Position numbers and translations under genes: made by a program
Origin: Amoeboaphelidium protococcarum X5
Lineage: Eukaryota; Fungi; Aphelidiomycota
Assembly: GCA_023515725.1 (NCBI GenBank)
Contig: JALDTO010000288.1
Location: forward strand, 124,001 to 188,000
Direction of reading: 5' to 3'
Length of the DNA: 64,000 bases
Part shown: in pieces, positions 40,638-53,880 of the stretch
How positions within the stretch are numbered: position 1 is the first letter of the stretch
Layout: each line of letters begins with the position of its first letter
Notes under the pieces: generated by a model
Told to the model about the DNA's origin: nothing
What the model saw: the letters and a program-made list of their open reading frames with translations, nothing else
Database searches by the model: none

Positions 40638-42416
40638 TCAATTATGTCTGGGCTTTTATGAAGAGTCATGATAATGAATTCCCTACACAAATCGGAATGA
40701 ATGTGTTACTTGTAGACGCGCGTTATACTCAAAAACATACCTCTGTGTCTAAAGTCTATTGCAAAGCCTTCTTGGAGCACTTGATACTTCCTTCAGACAG
40801 CTTCTAGTGCAATTCATTCAGTTCCAGCTGCTAGTAAGTCAGAATCTTCTCATACAGATCGTTCTGAGACTTTATAAATAGTTTTACATGATCGCGCAAT
40901 GCATTCCCGATCGTTTGTTTCAGATCGCGGACATGATCAGAAGCAGCTGCTAATTATGACTATGACTATGTCTATGACTATGATGATGTGGATTACTATG
41001 GCGCCTAGGAAGTCATCCCTTAATGAGCATTAGGTCTGTTACCGTTCTAACATTACTGTATATCTACTTTAGATGTATTACCAATCAACCTTTTTATCTA
41101 CACTCAATTCATAAAAATTACCAAGACGACATGCAGTCTTCTACAATTGATGGACTTACAGCGAGCATATGAGACTCTGCGAGGTGATGAATCTCTCTGA
41201 TAGCAGCGACAGTTCGCCGCGAAATTTACTCTTTCACAGTGTCATTAATAAAAGTGAAGCTATCCAGTTCCGCTTTATACTGAAGAACAGCGTTTTAAGA
41301 TGATGCCTAGCAGCCTTCAATAGACTTTGAATGGAACGCCTGTAGAGGATCAGTCTACCTCTAAACTTCAAATAAAGTTTTATCTTACTTTGCTCGGGCG
41401 GAATGCTGTGATGAAGAATCAGTATTCTTCAAGTTGGGTTAGTAAGCCGATCCAACATTATCCATTATAAAAGAATTAGCATCATCAATTGCCATTATAT
41501 CAAACGTGGCAGTCTAATCTTTCACCTGTCCTTTACCGTGAGATGATTTTCGTCTATTAGGACGCGTTTGTTCAAGGACCATCTATAAAGCATCATCATT
41601 AACATCAATCCTGGAATTAGAGGTAGACTTATTTACAAAAACTTTATACACCGACTCCATGTTGTCGAAATCTTCATCAACTTCATCTAAAGCGCTATTC
41701 GCATCCACTGGAAGCACCAAGTCCACAGTCTTTTGAGGCATTGCTTTGTGTTTCTACTGTGTCGTTTCAGCGCGCGTCGACGTGTTCTATGACCTTTATG
41801 ACACTGAAGCTTACTTTGCGGCATGTCCAATATCCGATAATCTTTTGGTATCATCTTCAACAAGCCTTTTCACTTCAGCCATTGATAGTTTACTTCGATT
41901 GACGCACTCTTTGAGATGCTTTTAAATTTTAGAACTAACGGCAGACTGCTTAACACCAGAAAGGTTAAATACCAATGCACAGACAGGACATTGACCGAGA
42001 GAGGCGACTTTACTAATCAAATCAGTCTACTGAATCTAAGTTTCAGTCTCGCAAGATTCCACTATACTGTTATAGCTACTATGCTCTTAGTCTAGACATG
42101 CGTTGACATGCCGCTCTTGATCCACAACCGAGAACCCTGTCAAGTCCATATCACAAACTATACATCGTTACTGAACCGCTTCATCATTCGATTATACCAC
42201 AGAAATCTAAGACTACTCCTAATTATTTTCCATACAAGATTCAATATGGTATTGTCGGGCCATTTGCGACTTGAATATAGACAAATTAGCCTAGCATATA
42301 GGACAGACTACACTCTGGTCCCTACTGGACCCTCCACTACCGCTTTAGAGCTCATCGGCGAGATTCATTTTATCAGCGATTCTTTTAGTAGACAAATTAA
42401 GCTTAGATTTGAGCAT
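40638..42416 (-). CDS. SLX4: SLX4 structure-specific endonuclease scaffold; introns 41098-41159, 40683-40740
   Basis: Three UBZ4-like fingers (CPIC..YHIESC, CIVC..HVNAC, CPVC..HLKEC). C-terminal Slx1-binding domain LYEKILTYQQLEL...LDTEGI. Confidence 0.8.
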
Positions 42417-42786
42417 ATTATCACTGTTATGACACCTTGCAGACCTTCAAAATTAATTGTTTCAACGCGAGTTAGAGTTGCCGCAGAAAAAGCTGAGAGA
42501 AGATCTTATACATTATCTGATCAGCTATAAAATATCTTTATAGAGTTTTTAAACTGCAAAAATGATGATTTGCAACTCTATGAAGATACTTATAAGATAA
42601 AGCCTAACTGATAATGCATAAACAGTTAGTCATGAAAGCTTAAGTACTCAAATGATAAGCAGATGGTGAATTTTAGGGGTCGCGTTTTGAATTTTTTCAA
42701 GTTTTCGCTGAATTCTTCTCCTTCGTTTCTTCGCTCGGTCTGTAACAACTTCTAATTAGCGAATTCAATATATACACACGATTGTC

Positions 42787-45624
42787 ATGATTGAGTAGAT
42801 TGTCAAGATAGCTCTGTAAGAACTCGCATATGAAGGATCGGATGGATGCAGTGTAAAGAAATTATTACGGCTGGTAAATAAGCAGCTGCCTGATGTCGAT
42901 TCGTCTAGCGATCAGATGGCCAGATTTGTGCATGATATTCTGGTGAAAATTCCATGCGTTGATAGCGGCGACACTGCTGATGATTAATAGTCTTCCATAG
43001 TCCGAATGAATGATTAGGACAGGTGTCAATGGTTGCTTGATAAATCCGCCCTAACGCCGGAGTAGCTGACACCTAAAATCGCACAGATACTGGATGTTGT
43101 AGCGTGCCGTCGATGGCGTGGAATATCACAGATTGAATTGTGTAAATAATTATCAATTGACGCGCGATCTCTCAATTATTACACGAAGCTCCTTCTAGAG
43201 AATGGTGTTATCCTCAGACGTAATGGTAGATCTAATGTCAGCGGCAGTAGCTACAATATCATTCTCCATCATTAGCGATTTGTTAATGAAGAAGAAGAAG
43301 ATGATGCTGGTGAATTAAACGCTGCGGCTGCCGATAATGGTGGTGATAGTGAAAGTAAAAAGAGCGCAGAGGGTCTTAATAGAACCAGCATTGAGTATAG
43401 AGTATAGATATGTAAGGCACTAGAGTAGGCAAAGAATCGAACTCTTACTCTATCTGATTTGCGTCGTATGGTCACTATAGACAACGTTCAAGAGAGCCGT
43501 CAATATAAACGAGGGAGAGAGTGGTTGAAAAACAATGGATACATTGAGAAGCTGTTTGTTGACTTTTCACCTGCTGATGCAGAGATGGCTGATTCTAACT
43601 TACCTGATTAATCGGATAAATAGTCGTCTTCATCTGGATAAAGATTTAGTTCAGAACCTGAGGATGAAGCTCAAGGCGAAGAAGAGTAGGATGTTTAAGT
43701 TGTCAGTGGTGGTGGTAAACTTACTACGTGCATCAGACTAATTAAGCCATACAATCCCGTGTCTGAAGATCCTAAAGCATTTAGAGTTAAGGCTTAGGAC
43801 GACATTGTTTAGGCGTCCGCTGATGACAAAGAAATGGGCCTGGACACGGATGTGGTTGGTTGCAATAATACTTTTACTTACGGATTCGCGTCTGATTACT
43901 AAATGTTTAACGTGATCGCTTGGAGCAAGACTGGCCTCACCACTTAGGACCTCCGGAAATAGATGAGTAATCTTAATGGCCGCGTTCTGAATACAATGGC
44001 GGAGAGATTATGCTGTACGACATCACCCAACTCTAACAGTAGCTAGAAGTCGGGCAAGTTCAAAAAAAAGTAAAATAGCAAGTCTTTTAACGCGTACACT
44101 CAGTATCATATGCCTAGTGTCAATCGTGCCATTGAATTCAATAAGAAAGAGAAGACTTTGAAGTTGACTGTGACCAATATGTACTGCCCATCTATAATAC
44201 GGGACGTAGCAGATGCTTAGGAATAGACTTTTGGTGTCTCTGCTGTTGATGGCGTCAATCTATAGTCAGCCGCTGATATTCTGTAATAGTCTTAATCTAC
44301 TACTGCTTCAGCTATACGTACAGAAGATGTCACTCCACCGTCATCAGTTACTTAATCTCCTGTGCCTCAACTTAAAGCGGCTTCGGTTGATACGGTCGCT
44401 CTTCCACAGTAGCAGAATCTCAATCTGACAGCTCTGGCTAGATCGAAACTTTTGTTATCGATTCTAGATCAAGAACCGATTGTGTAATTGGATATCTATT
44501 TTCTGAGAAAGTTTAGTCAACTTATCTACTTGGATAAGAAGGACAAAGCTGAGGTCGATCGCAAGACTTTAGAGCGGAACATTAAGCTCTTGGAGTAGCA
44601 TGGATTTTTAAAGACATTGAAAGTGGCCTGTCGCCGGGTGAATGGCAGTACATGCTATCGTATGCTTTTATTGCACAGAAATGTGTAGGTGGACGACGAT
44701 AATGAAGAGTTGTGCGATGAAATCGAAGTTGTAAAGTCTGGAGCACATTGTGGTTAGTTTGGCTCAGAGTATGCGCAATAGAAACCACCAGAGATTCCTA
44801 ATGTGGTCACTGATCTGGAAATTGATAGATTACCTCCACTCCCTAAGCCTGTCAAGACTAGATTGCAGTTGAGAAAAGAGAGAAATCGAAGCAAGAGACG
44901 GCGTCGTAGTGATGAATATGATGATAGCGACGAAACTTCTGCTTATGAGTCTGACTATAGTTCGAATAGTGATGCAGAAGATGGCGATTATATTGAGTCG
45001 GATCGTAGGCATAGATTGAAATCTAAAGGAATGCTCTTGCTCAAACCCCCTCAAGAGTTGTATGACTGGTAAACTGTGTCGTACGATACATTATCTGATC
45101 TGTATAGGCTTAAGAGGCGACTGCCACCAGCTCCCTTTTAATAATCTGGTGAATAGATTAGTGGAATTGATGACGGCTCAACCTAGAGTAAGAAGTTTGA
45201 TAATTTATTAGGCGCAACGTTGGCCATGCCTCTGCTTGGAACTCAAGTCAGCGATGGTGACTAGTAAATTAGTACAGAAGACATAGTCTGGCAGTAGGCA
45301 ATTACGCAAGTTTAACACTAACTGATTGCAGAAGGTGACGGTGGTGATGAAGTTATGGAATAGGATGCAACATCCAGAAAGAGTATATATGATCCCATCG
45401 GTCAATAGCTTGATGTTAAAAGTTGTAGAATCCCAGACAATCTTACAAACATAATTAATGTTAGAGCTAATGAGGATATCTATTGGTTATTGAACGCTGT
45501 ATCAAGCTAAATGGCAGTTCTGAAGCCTCGTGAGCTGTCTCTCTCCAACGAGCAATGGAGTTCCATATTGGTGAATAAGTAACTAGCAAAACTTGGATTG
45601 TCTTTTGATATCAATTTACTATGA
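42787..45624 (+). CDS. TFC3: TFIIIC B-block-binding subunit Tfc3/Sfc3/GTF3C1-like (~945 aa)
   Basis: ELAYEGSDGC, RWRGISQIELCKQLSIDARSLNYYTKLL winged helix, and DRKTLER. Confidence 0.8.
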
Positions 45625-45852
45625 ACAGTTGACAAAGTGAGTTATAATTACTGTATTTAATCATATAATGCTAATGCATGAATATTGCTTAACCGCCGTC
45701 GTGAAAATCACACGGTATCAAGAGGAAGATGATAAATTATGAATTAAGTCTGCAAACCAACTTTGTGTATACACTTATTCATTCATAAAACTTTTGATAT
45801 CACGATCTTATACGTCAATAGTCTCTACCAGTATCTTTGCGTCTCTGAGTGT

Positions 45853-47232
45853 TCAAAAGTTCATTTGAGACGCGTTGAAATTAGAGTTGTGTGATTTCAA
45901 ATCTGCGTCAATACTGTCTCGGAACCTCTTCATAACACCACTGAAATCTTTCAAACTCGTCTTTTACCAATCTACACATACAATTTTTATTAGATATATT
46001 CCTTAGATACTTGTTAACAGTAACAATATTACCTTTTAATTGAGTATTAGAAGCGCCAGATCTGTCATGTGCCATCATCTCCTGTATGACTCCATTCATG
46101 GTGGGCACTGTTAGAGGATTGAATTTGTCTGCATCCACAGCATCAATAGGAACACAAATTTTACCTACAAATTATGCATTAGGTTCAGCGTAGAACCATG
46201 ATTTGTAAAAATTGAACATAAGCATAGTGAGAACTTACCAGTTTTGGGGTGAACACAGAATGGGCTCTTGAGCAAGTGATTTAAATGCATACTAACCTGA
46301 GCATCTAGGCGAGGATACATGTAAAAGAATTAAATGTTCCTAACACAATTATCCAACTTCTTATCTTTCATTCCACCAACGTACTCTGTCAACACTCTCC
46401 ATTACTCTGCAGCAGAGTGTTATTGGGACCAGTGATCACTCAACTTCTACCGTAATGCCTCATGCGGCACCAATTTCAACATATCTAGAGGCAACTTTGG
46501 AGCATCGGGTCCGAGCATGCAACCACGAAAGTACTAGTCTATTATGGCAGCACTTCTCGACATATGCGGATGCTGATAACTCATTTTACTGGCCGCGTCA
46601 CCACTCAGGGCACGAACAACTTCCAGATACTGCACCACACTACGCCTGCTCTCTTCATTCATCACACGCGCACGCTTGTCAGCCACCCACAAATGAACAC
46701 CTCTACGACCGCTGTATACCCATAACAGACACTGGAAGCCAAAGTCTGATCTGAGACACTCGTCAATCACCTTGATAGAGACGGTCATGAGAGTCCAACA
46801 CTTTCGACAAATGTCAGCACCGGCACAGCATGAACGCACCTGATCATAATCCGTCATATCGATATCAATGACAAACTCTCTCTGCACCGGCTTGAAGCTC
46901 TTCGTCATGGACTTATTCTTGGGCTTGGTAGAGTACACGGCGCCAATGTCAATCTTGGCCGGATTCTTCTTGCACAGATCAGCGTGGAACTCCCTGTGTG
47001 TCATGTACGACTGGTAACGCACGTAGATCTCTTCCCCACTGGAACCGGTCAGAGTGTACGACCATTCTCTATTGTGTAAAATGGTAGGATCACCATAGCT
47101 CAGCCACTGCAGCATCCACTCTGACGGGAAGAGACGCTCATAAAACATCTTCCGCAACACCTACATGTCATCCACAAGCAGAATCTACTCATCACTCTCA
47201 TCCACTTGGTTCACAGGATCACTGACTGTCAT
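45853..47232 (-). CDS. PRI1: DNA primase small subunit; introns 46165-46238, 45972-46032
   Basis: [54 protein letters not shown]. Confidence 0.96.
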
Positions 47233-47903
47233 TTCTCAGACTTTTAAGCACTAGTTATTATATGCAAACAGAAGTTTATTATGTGATGCCACTTAATGCT
47301 ATTCCTTGGGAAAGTCTCGTTCTTTATGCAGAGCTATCCGGTCGCAACTATCTATTTAGAGGTGAACGCGCGTCTTTGAATAGTTGAAACGAGACGAAGA
47401 ACTGTCTGTCTGGCTGTCCGTCTGCTGAACAGAAAGAGAAATCGCTTCCAGATACTATGAAACAGAAGTGGCGCTCTTGTTAGTGTTCACCACCCTCTAT
47501 GTCATAGAGAAGTTATTGTACACTGTATACGGCGATTTATCAAGAAATACTAAATCAAGAAATTTTTTATTTTAAGGCTATAAAGTGTCGTTGCAGTTTT
47601 GACACTAAGAGTGGTGAGTTTTCGTTTGGTATTGTTGACAGGTATCTGGAAACATTATTTTCACGATAATTATACCAACTTCTAAGAGTATAAGCACGTA
47701 TATTTAGTCCTTTGATACTGTAATAAACGTTTACAACCATACACACACGCTTAGAAGACGCTCCGATCGTGTAAATTCACTTTCTACGGAGACAGGCGCG
47801 CGTTTCTCTTCCATCTCTTTAGTCTCTACAAATCTGTTAAAGTTCTTTTTATTAAACGAATATATAATCAAAGATTAGGCAGTTGAATTGATTTGGCGCT
47901 ATA

Positions 47904-49772
47904 ATGATTTTGATGATGCACCTTTCAATATTATTCTTAAGCGGATTAATACATTTCGCGATGTCTAATGAACATGATCATGTCTATGAGGATGGGGAAG
48001 AGGTGGTTGTATGGGCGAATACTGTTGGACCGTATGATAATAGATAGGAAACGTACGAATACTTTCAACTTCCGTACTGCTAAGGAGAGAGGGAGCCTCA
48101 GCATCATCATGAGACTCTAGGTGAGGCATTGCTGGGCATGGAACTGGTGAGTACTGGCATGGAGATTGGATTTAGACGCAACGCGGAGAAGCGGCCCATT
48201 TGTGAAGATTATGAGCTCAATTCGCGTCAGATTACTCTGTTCCAATACGCCATCAGTAATAACTACTTCTTTCAGTACTTTATCGATGACCTGTACGTTG
48301 GTGGTTATGTGGGTGAGAGCGATGTGGGAGATGATGGTCTTTACTTGTACACGCATTAATCATTCGAGTTCCATTACAACGAAGACAGGATTATTGGCGT
48401 GTCCCTGCAGATGGCTAATCCTGTCCTTTTAGGATAAGAGCTGGATAGTATCAAGTTGAATTTCACGTATTCAGTTGTGTGGACAGAGACATCAGTAGAA
48501 TTTAAAGATCGATTTGACTTTTATCTGGATACAGAGTTCTTTGAGCATCAGATTCACTGGTTTGCTATCGCCAACTCTTTCATGATGGTTCTGTTCTTGA
48601 TTGCCTTTGTTGTTGTTATTCTGATGAGAGCCCTGCGTATGGATTATGCTCGTTATGATAGACTAAGTGGTGGATCTGATGGTAGGAATAGTTCTAATAA
48701 TGTATCTCCGCCGTATTCCAGTAGTACCAGTAATAATACTAACTATAGTAACGCTGTTGGCTAATCATATAGTGGTAGATTTGGAGATGAAGAGTTGATG
48801 GATTTCAGTGAAGATTATGGATGGAAATTGGTTCATGGCGACGTGTTTAGGCGACCAGAGAAGCTTTCTCTTCTTAGTGCGTCTATAGGTACTGGGTACT
48901 AGTTGAACGTGATGTGTGTTCTCATAAGTATTCTGGCTCTCGTGGGCAATATGTACACAGAGAGAGCCTCAATCCTTACTGGGTGTATTTTCATTTTTGC
49001 CGCCACTTCCTTCATCAGTGGATACTATTCGGCACATTTCTTTGTGGGATATGGTGGACGGCGTTGGATCAGAACTTTGATGTTGAGTGCATCTCTATGG
49101 TCTGGTGCTGTGTGTGTCATCACTATCATAGTGAACTTTATAGCGATTTACTATCATAGTACAAAGGCTATACCTGCTGGAACGATGGTTGCCATATTTT
49201 GTATATGGGCGTTCATGGTGTTTCCATTGACTTTACTGGGCACTATCGTTGGCAAGAACTGGACTAGGAAGTTTTCGTTCCCCACCAGAGTTAATCCTAT
49301 TCCTCGGCCTGTGCCTGAGCGGTAGTGGTACAATGAACCAGGTTTCTTGATATTTGTTGGCGGTATTCTTCCCTTTGGATCTATTTTCATCGAAGTGTAT
49401 TTTGTGTTCACCTCATTCTGGACTTACAAGGTGTATTACGTGTTTGGATTCCTTCTTCTGGTAATAGCGAATCTATGGATAGTGACTGCCTGTGTATCCA
49501 TAGTGGTTACTTATTATCTATTGAATAGTGAGGATTGGCGGTGGCAGTGGGTATCTTTCCTTACTGGAGGATCAGTTTCGCTTTACATATTCATGTACTC
49601 GATATATTACTTCTTTGCAATGACTAAAATGTATGGCCTGTTCTAGACTGCATTCTACTTTGGTTATACCTCAGTTCTCTGTCTCGGCGTTTTTTTAATG
49701 TGTGGATCTATTGGGTACTCTGCTGCGTCTGCATTTGTACGTCGCATTTACGCCACTGTCAAAATTGACTGA
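47904..49772 (+). CDS. TM9SF3: Nonaspanin TM9SF3-like
   Basis: Signal peptide, [48 protein letters not shown]-terminal KID then TGA. Confidence 0.94.
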
Positions 49773-49843
49773 TATGATTGTTAGATTAAGAAAATTATAT
49801 CCTTATAAACTTAAATATACATTGAACAAAATAGACTCAACAT

Positions 49844-51409
49844 TCATTGATTACTAGATATAACAGATTTAAAGCCGACATTGTCCAATTCCATGATGGA
49901 CGCTGAGCCAGTTTACTTTTTACGCATTTAATCAGACCTGGTCATTATGATGTCTTTAGATGGTTATACAATAATGTTCTTCAGAAGTGACGCATCGTCA
50001 TGAAAGAGGGAATCGCAAGATATTCTAAATTGACTATGCGGAAATATCGGGGCAAGTTCTTAAGTGAGCGAACGTCTCTTCTCCAGCAGATCGTGCAAGT
50101 TCTCCAGTACGAGACCATCAATCGGGCGCTTTCTCTTGTTACGTACACCATTTTTATACAGTTTCGAGTAATGAGATTCAATCTACTTGTTCAAATCCTC
50201 TACCACTTACAAGTACTCTTGATAGGCCATTCGATCCTGGGCGACTTACTCTAGAATACGACGTCTATTCTAATTTAGCTGATGCACTTGGCGTAAATCC
50301 TGCTATAATCTACGTAGCTCCAGGCATATCTCATCATCTTCGTCATTACTCCAATGAGGGCCATTGTTCGCGTCCGAGTTCAAATCAAGTAGTCCTAAAT
50401 GTTACAGCTCTCTTCTGATACGCTCCTCTACATCATAGTTGAAGTCGGCATCATTCGGTAAAGTGCCAATTTACTTTTGATGCAATCCATCTTAATCAGT
50501 GACAAGTTCAGCGCCCTCACTGGATTCTGGTTCCAACTCCGGAGCTACGATATTTTCCTCTACCAGTGCAGATAACAATCGCTCAGTCAAACTACCGAGC
50601 CCAGATTGTAAATGCTCTTGAGATGGTAGCATAGCATTGTCACCATCAGCCCACACTTCTCGATAATGCCTTCCGAGCGGAGGTATCAGGAATGCACTGA
50701 CATCGTCTTGACTCGCCAAATACAAGTTTTACACGTCTTGTTCCGTGATTAATTTAAAGAATTGTTCGACATAATTCCAGAAGGTATTAGATGGAGTCTG
50801 CTGAGACGGCTTTAGCTTTGGCGGTGGCTGATCAGAGTACGCAACAGCCTGTCCGGCGACTTGATCCGGCTCCTGTGTTTCCGCACGCGAACTCTCATCC
50901 AAAAAAGTGGACTATCGTCTCTATCGCTTCAGAGTATCAGTATCATCATCATCACCTTAATCATTCTTGTGATCAGCTGCAGTGGCCGCAGTAGATCGCT
51001 TACGTTTCACCTTCGAGTCGCTCTTATCTTTCACCACGTCTTAACTTCCAACCGCAGAAACCGCCGTCGGCCGTTGAGCGTTAATTATTCCTACAGAATC
51101 GCCACTTTTGGCAGCTTGGGCCGACACAGCGTCGTTGAAGACACTACCTGCAGTTGGACCAACACGCATCTCCTTTTATTTTATCTTGATATATTTTTCA
51201 GCTTTCACCAGCTCGTCTTGCAGATATTATATCTTGTCAGTATTCTGCTTCTTCCATTGCTTGATCTCTCTGCGCATCGTCTTGAGCAATTTCTACTCAG
51301 CCTCCCCGCTAACAGCGCCATTTAAATATTTCTTGGCCGAAGGACAGCATTCATCTAATGATACTGCAGATAAAGTATTGAATAATAGTTTCTCTAGATT
51401 TTAATCCAT
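49844..51409 (-). CDS. ADA3: SAGA/ADA subunit Ada3 (Ngg1)
   Basis: TFWNYVEQFF, IPPLGRHYREVW, GSLTERLLSALVEE, ERIRREL..GLL, DDEICLELRRLQ. Confidence 0.88.
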
Positions 51410-51662
51410 TATATAAATGTACAATGCAGTGCAGTGATGTGTGTAGTAAGGGTGTGTAATTCGTGATGTCGTTGAAGTGATGATCGGGTTGCGTCACTTT
51501 CAGTCGTCTCCTTGAACTTGGCGAGCACAAAGCCCCTTTGTCGCCGCGCTTAGAATTTGCGGTAATAATGAAACATTGCAAGAAGCCATAAGTAATCGTG
51601 ACCCTTAAAAAAGACATGTTAATAAATTATCTGCTAAAAATGAATATATTTAGTTTCAAAGT

Positions 51663-53534
51663 TCAAGCACAAGTTGCTGCGTGACCAAATCTACTTAGAT
51701 TATACGTGTTCAGACAGCCATCGGTAAGCAGACGCGTAAGTCTTTCATTAGCGCTTGTGTCGCCACTAGCTGCTGCTGCTTCATACCATCGCAGAGCTTC
51801 GTGAAGATTCTTATCAACACCCAAACCTTTTTCATAGCAATTTCCTAATTAAAATTGAGCCGCTGTGTGATTCTGCTCTGCTGCTTTCCTGAACCAATAC
51901 ACGGCCTGTTGTGGATCAGAGTTGCATCCGACTCCGTTCAGATAGCACTGGCCTAGTTTGTTTTACGCCCTTGCATGCTCCTAACACGCAGCCTTATGAT
52001 ACCAATGGAATGCAACTTCATCGCTTCTCTCCACACCAAGTCCCTCGGAATAGCAAAAGCCGAGATTACATTGAGCCCATGGATTATTCTACTATGCAGA
52101 TAGTAAATACCACTTAGCAGCCAGTTTGTAATCTTTAGCAACTCCAATTCCATCTTCATAACAGTAGCCGAGAGAGTTCTGAGCAAGAGCATTGCCCTGT
52201 TCAGCGCTCAGACTAAACCACCTAGCAGCCTCAGCAGGATTTTTCTCAACACCAATTCCATTTCTGTAACAGTAACCCAGACTGAGTTGAGCAGGGGCAT
52301 GACTCTGCTCGGCCGACTTTGTATAAAATTCGACAGCTTTCTGATGATCCACAAGTACACCAATGCCGTTTTGGTAACAGTATCCCAAACTATGGTAAGC
52401 AAACGCGTTACCATGCTCAGCCGACTTGGTATACCAATGTACAGCCTCATAGTAGTTCTAAGGGACACCAATACCATTCTGATAGCAGTAACCCAAGTTG
52501 TGTTGCGCACGAGAATGCCCTTATTGTGCAGCCTTCAGATACCATTGCGCACCGATAGCCTCATTTCTCTCAACACCGATTCCGTTTTGGTAGCAGTAGC
52601 CAAGATTGCACTCAGCCCATGGGTATCCTTGTTCCGCTGATCGTGTGTACCAGGTGACTGCCATTAAAGGATCTGGCTCAACACCAATACCATCCTCATA
52701 GCAGTAGCCAAGTGAATTTTGAGCAAAGGCATTACCTTACTCAGCACTAAGTCTGTACCACTTTACAGCCTCAGTCTCATTCTTCTCGACACCAATGCCA
52801 TCTTCATAACAATAACCTACATTGTAAATGGCCACAGATTCTCCCTACTGAGCAGCTAGTAGATAATAACGCATTGCCTCTTGCTCATCCTTCTCGACGC
52901 CGAAGCCTTCTCCATAACAGTAACCCAGAATGCCTTGTCCACGAGGATGACCTTGAGCAGCAGACAGCTTGTACCAGTAAACAGCTTTACGATCATCCTT
53001 ATCAACACCGACACCATCGTGGTAGCACACTCCCAGTGCATACTGTGCAGAGGCGTCAGATTCTTGTTCAGCAGCGTTGATGAGCCACTCCACAGATTTT
53101 GATCCGATTGCATTAGCACGCTGCTGCCACTCTTCAGCTTCAACGCGGTTGATCTTCACACCCGGGCGACCGTACTTTCGCAGAAATGCAAGGCGCGCAC
53201 AACACAAGCCATCACCCAACATTGATCCATCAATGTAAAGCTTTTCAGCACCCTTGAAATCCATCTGAATACCAATTCCAAATTCATAGCAGAAACCTAG
53301 TACACCAAAAGCCTCAGGAAGCTACCGTGTGACGGCTTGCGCGAAGTAATTCACAGCCTTTGTTTCATCTCTTGCCTCATTGTCTTTGCCAAATAGAAAT
53401 CTCTCTCCGAGTTTTAAAAGCGCTTACGCACGCGTTTACTCTCTCGTCGACAAGTAATTTCTGCTGAGTCGATTGAACACGCTCTTGGATTATGAATATA
53501 GCGTGTTTGATACCTTGTTACAACCTTGAACCAT
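51663..53534 (-). CDS. Sel1-like repeat (SLR) protein, ~623 aa
   Basis: Long array of ~36-aa AQxxLGYCYxxGIGVxKDxxxAxxWYxxSAEQG repeats. Confidence 0.92.
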
Positions 53535-53880
53535 TGTGATTATTGTTTGATAATGCAATGATTAGATAAAAGATATTGCTCAATGTCCAACGCAATATCA
53601 AATAGATAAAAGAATAGTTAATGCAAAATTGCTAATGTCGATAAAAAGTAAGCGAAAAGTGTGAACACCAACTAATAAATTAACTGATCTGATCACATTT
53701 AAAGGAGCTCAAACGCGCCAATCAGTAAAGGGGCTGTCTATTTTCTGATTGGTCAGGCCCACATTTTTAATGCAGCTATAACACTTGAAATAATTGATTA
53801 TGTATGTATTTTAGTATCGCATTTCATTTATTTCATTCATTGATTTCAAAATTTATTTCGAATAAATTTCCTTATCTTAC

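Noticed and set aside
41141-41159. 19-nt micro-intron GTAAGT..TGTAG in SLX4
   Set aside because: It does not restore the frame to the C-terminal domain, whereas the 62-nt intron (41098-41159) does.
47360-47810. ACGCG/MCB-like cell-cycle boxes upstream of PRI1
   Set aside because: ACGCG(T) occurs throughout the window, including coding regions, so specificity cannot be supported by eye.
51663-53534. Periodic DNA repeats as a CRISPR-like array
   Set aside because: The ~108-bp periodicity is due to protein-coding Sel1 repeats.
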